NCBI GenBank assembly: GCA_965153455.1
Contig: OZ234493.1
Span: forward strand, 32,602,213-32,666,212
Direction: 5' to 3'
From: Sphagnum compactum
Lineage: Eukaryota
DNA length: 64,000 bases
This document shows positions 49,301 through 64,000 of the stretch, one piece after another (positions within the stretch are counted from its first letter, which is position 1; each line of letters begins with the position of its first letter). The notes under the pieces are model-generated. The model saw nothing but the letters and a program-made list of their open reading frames with translations, ran no database searches and was not told where the DNA came from. A program made the position numbers and the translations under genes.

Positions 49301-50976
49301 TGTTTATCTTTTGTTAGAAGATTTTTGTATTGTATAAATAATTATTATATTTAACCACATGTGTTTTGTTAACAAGTTCATGTTATAACTATGTTTAATT
49401 TGTCTCCCATTACAACGACTAAGATGGCAGCAGCCACAAATGACGTGGCAATGCAAAATATGCTTCTATTGATAGATAATATTTTGCCACATAAGACATG
49501 TCTAAAACCAGGGGGTAGGATTCTTAATAAAGGTGCTAAAAACTTTTTTTTTGCTTCAACACATGGCACACCAACCTTGGTAGATTTCTATACTTATGTT
49601 GAATTGAACAAAAACATTATTATCGAAAGTCCATGTGAATTAGTGGCATATAAGGTAGTAAGAGTGGAATAAATGTAAAGACATGGTAGAGGTAGAAAGG
49701 ATTTAGCTAGGTAATAAGGGTGGAGTAAATGCAACTTTAGGTTTAGATCATGAAAAAAATTAATAGTAGAAGGGGGAAAATGCAATTTGATTTGTTGACA
49801 ACATTCATTTGAAAGTTCATCCATTTTATTTAGATCATTCATTTTTTTCATCCAAGAAAATCGTTCATCGATGACACGTGGCAAAATAATCTTCCACATC
49901 ACCAAATATTTCTTTGACATCAACAAGATATTCTTGAAAAGATTCCTTTGGTTCATTTGTTTACACCCACGTGCTCACCATTCATGCTCACACGTTCACA
50001 AAATAGCACCCCTGAACCTAAAGCTATGAACCTAAGCAAGCTTACCTACCTAGGTTGACTTGGCAAAAAACCTAAAGCTAGGAATTTGGGCAAGCCTACT
50101 TAGGTTAACCTATTAGTAAAGTAACATATTTTAGGTATATTTAAACATACTAGATGTAGTAAATTTATTATGTCTAGTTAAGTAACTTAAAAAGTAACTT
50201 ATATTACAAAATAGGTTTTTACTAAATAGCCTATACATAGGTTAATTTAATAGATATGTTAACCTAAGCTAGTGTGTTAAATAGTTAAATAGTCAATGAG
50301 TTATGGGTCACCTTTTTCAAAATGATTATTAATATTGTAGTCATAATTATAATTAACAATAAATTGTTCAATACACATACACATGCATGTGAATTCATGA
50401 TTTCAAAAACATCATAGCACACCAAAAAAAATGGCATGCCATGACAAATATTGGTGCCATAAATTCAAAACACATAAAAAATCATGGACTGCCATGAAAA
50501 TTTGTGACACTTTGTTGCCATGCCATGTCATCATCACATGGAAGACATGGTCATTATTAATCGCAAAGGACAACAATATTTTCAACTAGTTAATAAATGA
50601 GATTAATTTATCAAATCAATGACATGAATCATGATGTCAAGTTAGTGTCACAAATCATGAGGTGTTGTGATTACTAGTCAACCTCGTTGGCATGTGGCAT
50701 GCCATGTCAACATCACACGACCATAAGTTGTTAATATTCACCAAAAGTTGCCAAAATGAATGGAATTTTGTTATTAACTAATTTTGGATAATTAAAAATA
50801 CATTAAAAATACATTTTTGATATTTTGATATTTGTGTAAAAACCATCAAATCATGATATCAACTATAATTACAAAATGATAATGCCATGTGGCACCATAA
50901 TGTCTTTTACAACTACATAGTCATTAACATGAACTTATAGTTATAATTATAGTAAAAAAAGACAATAGTCGTTTTA

Positions 50977-51900
50977 TTAACCAGTTGTTAAACCCAAGAT
51001 GTGTTGTTGTGTTTTGAAGAAAAGTGGGAAGTAACCATTTGATTCAAGGTGTAATGCAGTGAGAGCTAAGGTGATGTTGGGGGACATGGACGCAGGAAAA
51101 AATAGTGTCAAAGTGCGAACTGCCCAAAAGTATTCCCTTGCATGCTCGAGAGCTAAACTACAAAACAAATGTTTGTGAGTTGGAAGATCATGTTGGGGAA
51201 AAGGGATTGAGTTTGAATTGGCCACCAAAGCTTGGGCCCATAAAATAAACTCTTCATGCAAGTTTTCCCAATTACTTGCTAAAAAACGCTTGAATCGAAT
51301 GTGTTTCCCTATGCATGTCGCCCTGCCACGAAGGGCAAAACAATACACCATTGGGATAGCAAGAGGAACAAGTGCCAAGCTGCCACATTGTACGGTTTTA
51401 TGTTAGCTTATTCAATGGAAAACAAAATGCCACTTGTACATCATGTCGTAGACTAATGGGGATGCAGTTGTATAATTGAGGACAACAAAGGCTTAAATGA
51501 AAGGACCCGAAGACATCCAATGATGAAACCTATGTCCAAGCTTATGTAGGTAAGGTAGGAGCAATGGAGGATATTGAGCCGGGATGATCACAAAGGTTTG
51601 GATTGGATGAATTGGATGTCTAACAAGAATGCTAATGACGAGTTAATCTTCGACTAATAAATTGGCGCCCACAAGTGAGGCACAAGATTTTAAGTAAAGG
51701 TTGAGAACATGTTGAAGAGATGGGGTTAGGTTGGGGGGTATGATCATGGCCAATTGTAACGACCAATAGAGTGGGAGGGGAAAAATGTTCTAATTGTGCA
51801 TGATCGAAAAGGTTTGGGAAAATGTAAAATTGGGACCCCACATTCACACAAAGGGTTGGGGATTGGTAGGGGAACTAGTAGGTGGTGTGTGAGATGTTAA
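50977..51900 (-). mobile_element. Possible decayed non-LTR (CRE-like) retrotransposon fragment
   Basis: CLTCGRQFISRRLTRH zinc-finger-like stretch. RFKRFLASNWENL and AVRTL...TLALTALH resemble the pre-RT region of CRE-clade elements (recognition by eye only). Confidence 0.35.
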
Positions 51901-54900
51901 AATGGGAGGGGTAACTAGTGAGTGGTTTGTGGTTTATGTGGGGGATGAGATGAAGGATAAAGCTATAGTGGCACATGATAAGGCAAATGGGTGATGGGAA
52001 CTACGAGGTTCGATGAGACGTGATAAGTTGGGGGACATGGGACATTTGGTGCCCATGAGGTAAGAAGTCTACTATGAACATGGGCCCCACTTTCTAAAGA
52101 TTGCCTACCGCTACAAGGTAATCCTTAATCTACAAAGCTAATCACACAATACTAAATGAAACGAAAAGAAAAAGATAAGAAACTTTTTAAGGAGTCCTTT
52201 GCTAGGGCATTATGCCAAGGCCAAACTCTAACTTTGTTATAGGCCTAGGTGTCACAATCACTATTCTATTGGATTCAACAATACCTAAACACTCTAATAC
52301 CAAAATATTACAAGCTTCACTCCTTGTTTTTTGTTTTGCAAGATATGGAACAAGGAACGCCACACGAAAGTTTCTTAATTTTGTGATGGAAAGCTAGCTA
52401 TGTCTTCACCCACTTGGAGGACACACTCCAATGCTCTAAGATGACTAGCCATATCCTTTGGAAATTGAAAAGATAACTATGCAATGAAATTGACCAAAAA
52501 GGTTGTAAGAAAACTTGGTCACTGCATATTTGTTAGCTAGTTCCCTTGGATATCACAAGAGTTGGATATGTGGAACCAGTTCTTTGATCATGGTTACCAT
52601 CTTTAAATAAATGAAAATGGAAATTTATATACATTTAAAATTATTTAATTATTAATTGGTTGCATAATATAACCTTAACCTAAACCCTGGTCAAAGAACC
52701 GTGAGTTTTCAGGCAGGGCCCGGATACACCAGGTTGCCTGTTCTTTCCAGGAACTGCTTGTTCAGCTGGTGGATAATTTACCATGGTTACCTTCGATGGA
52801 TACCTGGGAAGAAACAAGGAACCGCCCAGATATCCAGTGGGGGTCTGATGAGAAAAGTGATATCTGCCGTACACACGGGTATAATCTGATGGACCAAAAC
52901 AATTTAAAGGTCCTTCGAACTTGAAGAGCAATAATCCAATGAATCTTTCAATCTGAAGGATAATTTGCTAAAAACTCCTCCAAAAAAAATAAAGAGATCA
53001 AATTTGTGGGAGCAAATCTTAGAGAGAAAGTCTCTAATAATGTCAGTTGCGAACTCTTATTATACATTGAGATCATTTGGAGTGCATTTTACTGTTGTAT
53101 GTGGAGATGATCTCTGAGACAAAATTAAAGCAACTTGTTTCACTCAATTTTTTTGCTAAAAAGTTAAATTATGCGTGTATGGAAAGATGAGGAATAAATT
53201 GATTTAAATACTTACTTCATAATGTCTTACTTATTTATTATATTAAAGTTAACCGTAGAGTCAGGCGATTAGGGGGCGAGAACGGGCAGTTTCGGCATAA
53301 TAGGGCATCAAACGCGTAACTGGGAATGAAAATTTTACAAAACAAAATAACTGGGACCCAAACTAAATTTTCCACCAATTTTGGTGGTAAATTGAGTTTC
53401 ATCCTGTCTTTCCTTTTTTTTCCTGAGCGCCTCCACTGCTGTTACATATTTTTTCACTGCTCCTACCTGTACGGCCATTATAATTATTTTCGAACCTTGT
53501 GCATTAGATGCTGAGTTTCAGCATTTCATACTCAGATTTAATAAAATTTCATTAGTTTGTGAATACCGCTGAAAGAGGGGATAGGGGGTGAAAGAGAGGG
53601 TGACTTTATCGATATCTCTATTGTAGTAAATAGTATTCTATCTCTTTGAATATGAGTATTTATGGATATACATGTAAAATTCAAGTATGGTTCTCTCATT
53701 AAATTGATTGCTTGGTTGCACAATCAAGTTGGAAAATTATTGGAGTTTGGTACATTAAGATCCTTAATCACAATGACGAGCAACCAACCATGTCTTTAGC
53801 TACTTGTTCCCGAGTGTGCTGTGGAATCTCAAACCAAAAATGATCAAACTCCAAAACCACTCCTTGCGGATAAACAACAAAACTAAACTTCTGTTTTGGG
53901 TTATACCGACAAATGACAATAAAGAAAAATAAATATTTTGCACCAAATACCTAATGGTCACAACCATAGCTCTCATATCATGATAGATGGCTTTTTTTTG
54001 TTGTAATCACAACTTTTATAGACAACCAATTAACTTATCCCAATGAGCGATCTCACCATGTGTTTTATCCTAAAGTAGGCCATCAATTTTCAGGATTCTT
54101 TCCAGCCCCAGATCAAAATTTTACATGCTTTCAAAGACCTCCATCTAAAACTTGTGTCCAAACCGAACTTGGACACAATTTAGAGGGGCTTTCCAATAGT
54201 ACCAAGAACATTCATTGCCAGGGACCTCGTGGTGTGGGAGATCTCAACACGACAAAAACAAGGGGTGTGTCACACTGTGGCCTTGCCATTTACATTCAAA
54301 AGTATCTTCACCCAAAAGAAGAACTAAGGAAACTCAAATATTTCACCATGCAAAAATATATAATCTTCAAAAAATCCTCTAAAAAAGAAACCAAATTCTT
54401 TCATGATATATCATAACTCTATAACTAATCTCTAGTTTCAACACAAGCCAAAAAATCATCTTTCAAAAAATCCTCATATCAAAATAGACCTATTATTTAT
54501 TACCTAGGGGCCAAAATCCCTTAAGCTACTATTATACTCTATAATGAATCTAAACACAATATCCTCCTTGCCTTGGTAGGCAAGGCCAGCAAACCAAACA
54601 AAACAAACAAACAAACAACCTTCCTTAATAGGAAGACTTTTTTACATGCAAAATTTGCATGGAAGCTGCTGCCAGTTGGCTACCTTTAGAATGCCTTCAG
54701 TTGTAACTTATGACTCGGCTTCCAATAAATTGTCATCTAGCCCTCTTGAGTCTCTCTTATTTTTTCTTTTTTTGTTTTGGAGGAGCATAAAAGCTGGTTG
54801 CTGGTAGTTGTTGTTGGGTTATTGGGAGGGGAGACAACAGAGCTAACATGATGTTATGATGCAGAGGAAGAGTGAGTGATTCATTCATATTGTTGAACGA

Positions 54901-55414
54901 CAATCACCAATGAGAGCAGGCTGCTGATTATTATTGAAAAATAGCCAAGATGCCTCCTCGGTGCACCCCCAAGGCTACTATTTCCAATCACAGCCCGCAT
55001 AAAGCAGATGACTGGACATAACCAACATCCGTTACATCCATAACCCCTATTCAGCAGATGGATGCACATCAGTTTTTCATTCATTATACAGAATGGACAT
55101 GGTATGAACATTCACAGGGACTAGTTTGAACCCCATGCCTAATGCACAGGTGTGTTATTTCAACAATGTTTGGTTCATGTTTTAGTTTTTTTTTTAAACT
55201 TTTATCTTTTTTATTTTTATTTTATGTGTTTTCTGTTTTTATTATTATTTTGTATAATAAAAATAAAGTGTTTCTTTTTCACTTTTGTATTTTTGTTTAT
55301 TTGGATGCAAGTTTGAAGTTTGGAGAAAGAAGACACACCTGTAATGTTGGAATCCTTTTGATTAGAGTTACCCATAAAGTCAACAAATTAGGGGGGTCCT
55401 ATTACGTGATATAA

Positions 55415-55762
55415 GGGGCACTATAACAAGGTGCCCGTCGTGCTTTTGCTGCCCATAATATTCTAGGTGCTTGTTCACCAAGAAAAACGGACTCTACTAC
55501 GAGGTGCCCATCATATTTTTGCTACCCATATTAATATTCTAGGTGCTTGTTCACCAAGAAAAACGGACTCTACTACAAGGTGCCCATCATATTTTTGCTA
55601 CCCATATTAATATTCTAGGTGCTTGTTCACCAAGAAAAAAGGGGCCCTATTACAAGGTGCCCATCATATTTTTGCTACCCATATTAATATTCTCGGTGCT
55701 TGTTCACCACGAAAGAAGGGCCCTATTACAAGGCGCCCTAATATTCTAGGATCTTGTTCACT
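55415..55762. repeat. Tandem repeat, about 5 x ~65 bp
   Basis: acaaggtgcccatcatatttttgctacccatattaatattctaggtgcttgttcaccaagaaaa repeated. Confidence 0.9.
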
Positions 55763-55808
55763 TGTGTTCTAGTCATGACTTAAAAGTGTAGGGTAAGGCC
55801 TTTACGAC

Positions 55809-56113
55809 ATGGGTTGTTAATTTACCTCCACAAATTAGGGCCTGCATGATGCAATAGCCGAGTGTGGAATTGTCTCTCGTGCAGACCTGATTCTCGTAAT
55901 GGTGTCATCTAAGGGCCTTCCAAGTCATAAAGAAAGAGGCCAATGGACAACATCAAACAAGACATAATATGCAGAATTGGTGGTCGAGATAAACTTGTAT
56001 GACTACATGAACCCACCTCATAATAACATATGGGGAATTCTACAAACCATAAGAACCCTAGTCCTTCAAATGAAAGGCACGGTCCTAATTGTGGAGGTAA
56101 ATTAATAACCCAT
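55809..56113. mobile_element. MITE-like element with ~30-bp terminal inverted repeats
   Basis: atgggttgttaatttacctccacaaattagg (55809-55839) is the near reverse complement of cctaattgtggaggtaaattaataacccat (56084-56113). Confidence 0.6.
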
Positions 56114-57009
56114 ATAGTCGAGCCTAGGTTTTTACATTAAAAATATTCTCCCTTGTTCATGAGTTTTACCCGTAATAAAGTATGAAACAAACCCTATCAT
56201 AAACATACGGAGATCATGAGCCGGTGGAGGAGTGAGTATTCTTATGCCTACTCTTTAATAATGAGTACACTTACTCTTTAAGAGTGAGAGGGATCTTACA
56301 CCTACAAGTATTGGACTACAAGGAAATAGGTGTAAGATTCCTCCTTTATTGTAAGAGGGATATTCATGGATATATAAACGTGCCCTCCCAATACACGGTA
56401 CCAAATTTGTGGGTGTGATTTAGGTGGGGACCCATCTTCTCAAAGGCTAATACAAAGCAAGCAAAGTGGTGTTTGGAGGGGGGGGGGGGTGGGTGGTGTT
56501 GTAAGAGTCAATTTGCAGATAGAATTGGTCTCAAATGACAAGCCACCTACTTTAGAAACATATGCCAACAACAAAACAAAAGCACAAAACTATTATCCAC
56601 AATAGCAAGAGACAGAACGTTACATAAAAGGGGCCCATTATAAAGGGGTTTGGTTGTTGTTACACTTGCATGCTCATTGCTCAAGTTATGCCAGGAGTTC
56701 ATGACTTGGTCTTCATAACCAACAAACCACCACAACATCATGCAAGTAGTTAGAATTTAATCATGGATAATATTATGTAGGGTTTTTAACTCATGTTTTA
56801 TAATAGACCAATATATTTTAAGATTAGTATATAATAATAGGTCCATGCATAATTAGTTTTATGTCAAACTCATTTCATTAACATTCATATTGACCCTCAA
56901 AATGGTTGGGTTTAGAGGTGGGAGTTCTTGTTGTTTGTATTGCTCACAATGCTTGCACTAGCTAGTGTCACTGGTAGTACTTTGTGCAATATTAACAAGG
57001 AGATAACAA

Positions 57010-60000
57010 GAATGGCCCATGTAGAAAACAACGTGTATGAAAGTTCCAAACTATCAAGATTTTTCACTTATATTACTTGGAATTTTTTCATGTCTAATTT
57101 GCTATAGAGATATGAACTCATAGATCAATTGAAGTTGACAACAACAAAATGATCATGGAAAATGAAGGTGATTTTTATGTAGAATTGGAACATTGCAAGA
57201 AGAGGGCGTTGGCAATCATCAATCTTTATGTTAAAGATGAAATGATCTCACATATTGTTGGGATCACCAAACCAACAATTATGTGCCAAACTCAAACAAA
57301 GATCATTTCAAGCAAAAAATTTAAGCTTGTCAATTTTGTTGGGGACCATCTTTACCAATAACCACCTTGAAGATGGTAGATTTTTGTCATTGGGTTTTTT
57401 CAACAATCGAAAGACATCATGAAAAGGTTATCATAAAATCAAATTTCAACCCACTCTTTGAAAGTCTTGAATCTCTAGCTAATGTTTTAAGTCTATTACA
57501 TTGAGTTTTTTTCATTTGTTAATCTAACATCCATATTCTTGTTGGATATTTTTAGTTCATTTCATCAATGATTTCAAAAATTCATTTTGAATAATAGGCT
57601 ATAATTACAAACATTTTGACAACAATTGAAAACTATTGACATGTATTAACATTGTTTATATGCCTTTTTAGTTTGCTCATAATGTCATTAGCAACACCAA
57701 ACAATGTAAATTTTTTTAAGCATCACTTACGATGGGATCAAAGAGTTATTTTTTATGTTTTATTGTTGCTTGGATATTAAGCAAGTTCCATGTATGCATA
57801 CATGGAACTTGATAGAGGTAAATTCTTTATTGTTCTTAACATTGTTTTCACAACTTTTACATGATGAATTCAAATGAGAGATTAAAACTCAAAGAAAACA
57901 AAAAATGAAGCCTTGTTCAAACTCAAGCTTGACAAAATCACATATAAGCAAACCAAGAACAAGAAGGGATTTGTTATTAAGTGCATGGTGAGTTGCAAGT
58001 TTTATGGGAACCCTAATCACTAGATTTGTGGAATTGCGTTGAGTTGGCCAATGAAATTCAGCTTTGTGCAACCAATCACAATCAATGTTTTAAGAACTCA
58101 ATCAACATTGTTGAAAAAGGTAGTGATGAAGAAGTAGACAATTCCAAAGATTGCAACATTATGATATGAATTGGTAGGAGATTTGTTGGGAATGAACTTG
58201 GCTATGTGTGCATATATGTTAGTTTGGTCTATTGATAACAATGTTATTATTTGTTGTCCAATTGATGTCAAGTGATGAGGGGGAAGTTCAAAGGTTAGAA
58301 TTATTGGTGGGCTTTTTCATCAAGTGGCTAAAAGGGGAATATTTTGATTATTCTTTAAGATGATGGGATAAGAGAAACTTTTTAATACATGCTTGGTGTT
58401 GTAAAAATCTCAGTCAAATTGCCAACAATTTTAAAGTGTTGTTTGATGACAAACTTGTCTACATGATGGATGTTAGGTTTAATGTCTTAAGGGGATGGAT
58501 GTAAATCGATAAGTTTAATGGGTTCTACAAAAAAAAAATTCCATGAAAATTATTCTTACAATCAATAGTTAGCTTAAATTTTTGTACAAATTTGGTATTG
58601 ACATTTGGGAAATGGGTAAAAACAAGCAAATAGGAGCCAACGACAACCTCTTGAGTCACTATGACTAGTCTTGAAAAGATGATGTGGTAGCACATGATTG
58701 GATGAAAAGTTTTGAAATAGTGCTAAACATCAGTGTTTAAACAATGTTTTCACATTATGTCGCTATGCTAAAAAAGAATGGTTATAGGCTTTAAAATGTG
58801 CTGAAAGGTATTATATATTTATTGGATTACCTTTCAAACTTTACTAGATGTTAAATTAATATATTATGAAAGGTTTGACATAAATACAACATATATTTTC
58901 AACATTAACTTAATTTATGAGACATGAACATCAAACCCAAAGACTGGTTATGCCAAAATTGGCTCCTATTAGCTTGATTTTACCCAAATCTAAATCTCAT
59001 TGTTTGCAATTGTTAAATCAATTGATCACGTAAATATTCCACAACTTTTTTTTTGATGGATTATTATGCCATGCATGTACATTTGGGAAACATAACAAAA
59101 AAAAAGCACCCAAAAAAATCTTCATAGGAAAAGTTCACAACCATTTGATCAATTAGTTCATACAAATTTGTGTGGACCTTTTATCACAACATCCTTGTCA
59201 AGGGTTGTTTATGTAAGCATGTTTATTAACAACCATAATAGGTTTAGGTGGGTTTTTTTCATAAGAAAAAATTGAAACATTCACCCATTTTAAGTGATTT
59301 AGAGCCAAGATAGAACAAGAATTTGGCTTCATATCATTAAGGTTTTTTTATTAAATAAGGCATGTGAGTATACCTTTAATGAATTCATTGAATTTACATG
59401 GCATTGAAACATGATTTACACTATTCAATTCTTTCCATCAAAATGGAGTAGCAAAAAGAAATAATAAGAACTTGATTGAAAGGGTTCATAGCTTGGCCAT
59501 TAATGTTCACATATTAGCACAATTGTGGGTTGAAACCATGAACACAACTAACTACTTAATTAACATGTCATTAACCAACACCATTGATGGGTTCACACCC
59601 TATCAACAATTCTTTGGTATCCTTGTAATGTCCAACACCTTAAAGTATTTAGATGTGTTTGTTTCATGCATATTAACGCCCACAAGACCAAATGGTTCCT
59701 AAAGCTTAAACAATATGTGTTCTTTTTGCATTTATGATTCAAGTTCAAAATGCCATAATTGTTTCAATCTTGAAACAAATAATGATATCAAAAGATGTCA
59801 TTTTTGAAGATCATGTGGGGTATTCTAGAGCCACCATCAAAGGTCCAACACTTGCATAACCATGTATTATTTTCCCTATACTAGCACATGTTCAAGCCTC
59901 AAAAGAACATTATAAATCTATGACAATATTTTTTAGAACTATCAGCCCCATGGATCTTCTACTTGGAGTTTCATTGAATGTCACATGTGCATAATTCCTA

Positions 60001-62010
60001 TACAAATATAGATCATGATTCAAACATGAATGGTCATTTTATGACTAATGACATTGAAACAATGAATAGTAGTAATTCAATCCCAACTTCTCATGAGAGG
60101 TTTGAAAATGTTGACCTATCTAACAAGGAATTCATACTTCAACTTGGAAGGGATGTCAACACACCTTGTAAGTTTAGTGATTTTGTGGTTGCTTTGTATG
60201 AGGTGGTCATTGAACCAACTTCATATGATGAAGTTATTAAAATTCATGGTTGGGTAAAAAAATGGAGCAAGAAAATAACTCCATACATGAAAATTAAACT
60301 TGAATCCTAATATGTGTACCACCTACCAAGTAATTTGTCACCACCAATTAAATGGGTGTACAAGGCAAAGTCATATGTGTGGATTGTATCTATTGTAAGG
60401 TTTTAAACATATCTTGTAGCTTGTAGGTTCTAGTAATGAATTAGAGAGGATTTGGATGAGATGTTCATTATAGTAATGAAGTATAAAAACTTTTTGTACG
60501 ATCATTCTTCTTATAAAACATAATGGACACTCAATCTAACACCTAGATGTGAATATTGCATTTTTAAATGACAAATTAATTGAAGATTTTTTTGTTGAGT
60601 AGCAAGAAAGATTTTAAATGCAAGGGAAGGAGACTAAGGTCTACAAAATTTAAAGGTTTTATATGGGCTTTGCTTATCATCGTGTGCTTGCTACACAAAT
60701 TACCTTTAGCAAAAAAGCCTAGAACATGGATATGTATATGAAAAATTTATAATATTTCAAGAAAACACAAGAAAGTTGCATTATTCAATTTGCACATAGA
60801 TCAAGAAATTGCATTGGAGCGTTTGCATGGTATAGTCTAGGCACAACGGAATTATATTTTGAACATTTTCACAACAACTCATTTTTTATATGGTTTTTTG
60901 GATATGTGGAGAAAAGTTTCTAATGGAAATGTGCAAATAAAAGGTGGATAACATCCTAAACTTTCGTTATGTTATGAAATTGGCACACATATAAACAATT
61001 CATACATTTTAAAATTGCAATTGTTCATCACAACATTATAATGTAATAAAAGGACCAAGAAATATTAGTTTCAATGGGAATTTATCCATGAATTTTTTCA
61101 CATGCAAAAATACAAACATAAAGTACAATGTTCTCCATTAAAATTTTCCGTTTGTGTCGTGAAGTTTATATTAAATGATACATAAATATTTGGTATTACA
61201 TTTTGTTATGATCACAATGTTGATGATTATGACCTTTTTGGGTTGTAAATTATTCTTCCATTGAAAATATAGCTAGGTTTTTTTTAAAAAAATCATTCTA
61301 CAATAATAAAGTGAAAATTTGAAATATTAAAAAAACTATGTTGCCTTCTCACTATTGTCAAACATAGTGTTTTTAACAAGCTGTTTTATAAAGTTATTAT
61401 TGTACATTTACACTAAAGCATAATCATAAACCAATTTCATATTCATGATTTATGTAAAAATTGTTTTATTATTAATGAAAAATTAAATTATATGTGAATT
61501 TTGGAATAATTCAAAATGAGTGAAATTTTACATGTTATTATTTGATATTTTAAATACTTTCAATTTTGATTCCATTTATTTACATTGTACCATGCAAATG
61601 CGTCTTTAAAAGTTGAGTTGGACTCATTCAAAATCCAAAAACATTTCAAAATGACAAAAATATGTTTATTAAATCATTTACTGGGTCATGAATATTTAGT
61701 TTATCCTAATGGAAATATTGTTACTCAATGGGGCTATGTAGTTCAAATGCTTTAGGAGTTTGATTGTGTCCAATGCAATATAATTGTTGTTCCTGTTCTT
61801 TAAATTGATTTGAAATTTAAATAAAATATGGGTGCTATTATACCAACATACAATGGGCAAGTTGATTTGTTCACTTAGACAAGGTCCAATGTTGTCTTTT
61901 GTGTGGTGAACATGGTAAGTCAATTTGCATATAAAATTAAAGTTCCTCATTTGGATGTTATCAAACATTTGTTCCAATAGATCAAAAGGACCATTGATAT
62001 TGTGATTTGT
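57010..62010 (+). mobile_element. Highly decayed Ty1/Copia retrotransposon, interrupted by other insertions
   Basis: Gag-like KRALAIINLYVKDEMISHI (~57200). Integrase CHACTFGK...LVHTNLCGP and NGVAKRNNKNLIERVHSL (~59070-59500). RT EPTSYDEV, IKWVYKAK, HLDVNIAFLN (~60210-60570) and LSFVVNMVSQF (~61890-61925). Integrase precedes RT, which is the Copia order. Confidence 0.75.
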
Positions 62011-64000
62011 TATTGGCAAAGGGAGGGGAAAACATACATACTAGATATCATTTTTAAAGAAAATTTTTATTAGATTTTCTAGTAAAAAAAATTCAAAATG
62101 ACGTGTTTCAAAAAAACCATTGTGTCAATTTAGACAAGTTGATTTAGACCCATTGTTGTGACTAGGGTGATCTTTCTGGTTAGCAAAGTAAGAGACTATT
62201 TGATTGGTCATTTTCATTAATAAATAGTGAACCATTTGATTGATCAAAAGTTCACCTAAATTTAAATCATTTTTTGGATTATTATTTAAAATATTTTAAA
62301 ATAGGTAGATAGTAAATAGGTTTAGGTAGGTCATAAAAATGCAAGGAGGTTGTGGTAAGCATAGCCTAACCTACTTAATTACTTTAGTCTTATAATTTAC
62401 AAGTATTAAAAATTGAACCCTTCACTTGCACAATTGAACCAAGTCTTTACCAATGGGCTACACCTTCAAAAGGTGACAAATTTTGTCAAGTTTTTTTATT
62501 TCACATCATTATTCATGTAAGGAAGAAAATTAGGTTATTAATAAGTAGGCGAAGGAGGTTAAAGGAGGTAAGTGTCGGTGCATAAGTAGATCTATGTATA
62601 AGGTGGGCAAAATTAGGTAGGTAGGTAGACCTAAGTTATATCTATTTAGCTTAAATAGTAGGTAGGTAAGTATGTAGGTAAGTAGATAGCCTAAACTACC
62701 TACTTATTTAGGTATGTTTACTTAGCCTAGGTAGTAACTAGGTAAGTAAGTAAGTACATGTAGGTAGGTAGGTAGACCTAGGCTATTTACTTAACTTAGG
62801 TAATAACCAATGTTGGGTGGTTCTTTAGTATTTTTGAGAACAGCTAGGTCCAAGTATTAGATTGTTTTGAAAGACATGACCCAATTTTTTTTAAAAATTC
62901 ATTTTCATCTTTTAAAGACCTAGGCAGGGTTTCAAAAATTTGCAAACAATAATTTCACCCGGTCAAAGTGTCGATTCTCAAACATCTTATACCAGTCGAT
63001 TTTCAAAACCAATTTTCACATACCGGTTATTATTAATTTTATAACTTAGGATTTGTTGTCAATATGAGTTTAATTCATCCATTCCCATTAGGTTCATTTT
63101 ATGGTGTTATTGAATTGATTATTTATCCAACATTGATTTCATGACTATAAGAAATATGGCTAAAATTCATCCATTTAATTTACATCAACTAAAAATAAAA
63201 TTAATCAATTGAAACTCATCAATTTGGATTAATTATTCACCAGGTTAACATAAGATTCACCCATGTAAATAAAAAAATTCCACTTCATTATATCCATTTA
63301 TATGATTCATTTTTATCCAACTCGGTGAAATACTATATTCATGTATATCAATCTAACTTGCTTGGCTATAGTTTATTATTGTTTTCGATGGAGGTAAAAC
63401 ACTATTGTTATGTAATAGGAAAAAGTAGAAGAAAAAAAGAAGAAAAAAAAAAAACCAAAATAATAATAATTCTTTAAAAGGGGAATGTAAACAATTAGGG
63501 GGAAAAGAAAGGCAATGTTAATGACAATTGTGATTTCCTTGGAAAACAAAACATATCGTAACATCAACACAACATCAAGAACAATATGAAAAAAAACAAA
63601 TCAAAGGTTTTATGGGAAATGTACCTACTAGAAAGAGAGAAATATATTGCACTATTGTAAACCCTAAATTGTACACCATTAAAAGAAGTGAGAAAGAACA
63701 CACAAAACGAAACAACAACAATGAGAAAAACAAATAGAGGGGGTCTAAAGGGAGCATATTTGCTTGAGTGATGGAGCAAGGTAGGGAGTTGGGCCAACAA
63801 AGTTCAAGATGAGAGAAGATGGGTTGGGGGAGGGGGTGAGGCAAGGGGGTTCACAAGCTAAAGACCAACATCCATGAACACTAGTTTGTTACCTATAGAT
63901 AGGGAATTGTGTGTTTGTAAAGTGGAGTGAATCATGTGCAACAACTAACTAACTACAAGGTGGCAAGTGCAAGCCATAGTACAAGATCATTCTACTTCTC

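Overview
AT-rich land-plant genomic DNA with spliced genes and TTTAGGG repeats. A bryophyte/moss origin is my inference and is not verifiable here. Four host genes are supported: a 13-exon nucleobase-ascorbate transporter (+), an ankyrin+BTB/POZ gene (-), histone H2A.Z (-) and LSM1 (-). Between them lie tandem repeats, MITE-like inverted repeats and decayed transposons, including a Ty1/Copia relic near 57-62 kb. The highlight is a 9,286-bp, near-intact Ty3/Gypsy-type retroelement (14327-23612, - strand). Its polyprotein reads Gag(2xCCHC) - aspartic protease - DNMT3-like C5 cytosine methyltransferase - RT - RNase H - integrase - PHD finger, so it carries both a DNA-methylation writer and a histone-tail reader. 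It has TG...CA ends, a 4-bp TSD-like flank and a PPT, but no matching pair of LTRs. Its leader holds seven tandem as-1/ocs-type TGACG pairs and a CG/CHG-saturated repeat island. It is inserted into the integrase of an older, decayed relative that also carries the methyltransferase and PHD remnants, so the architecture is a persistent family trait. All domain calls come from motif reading by eye; no database searches were run.
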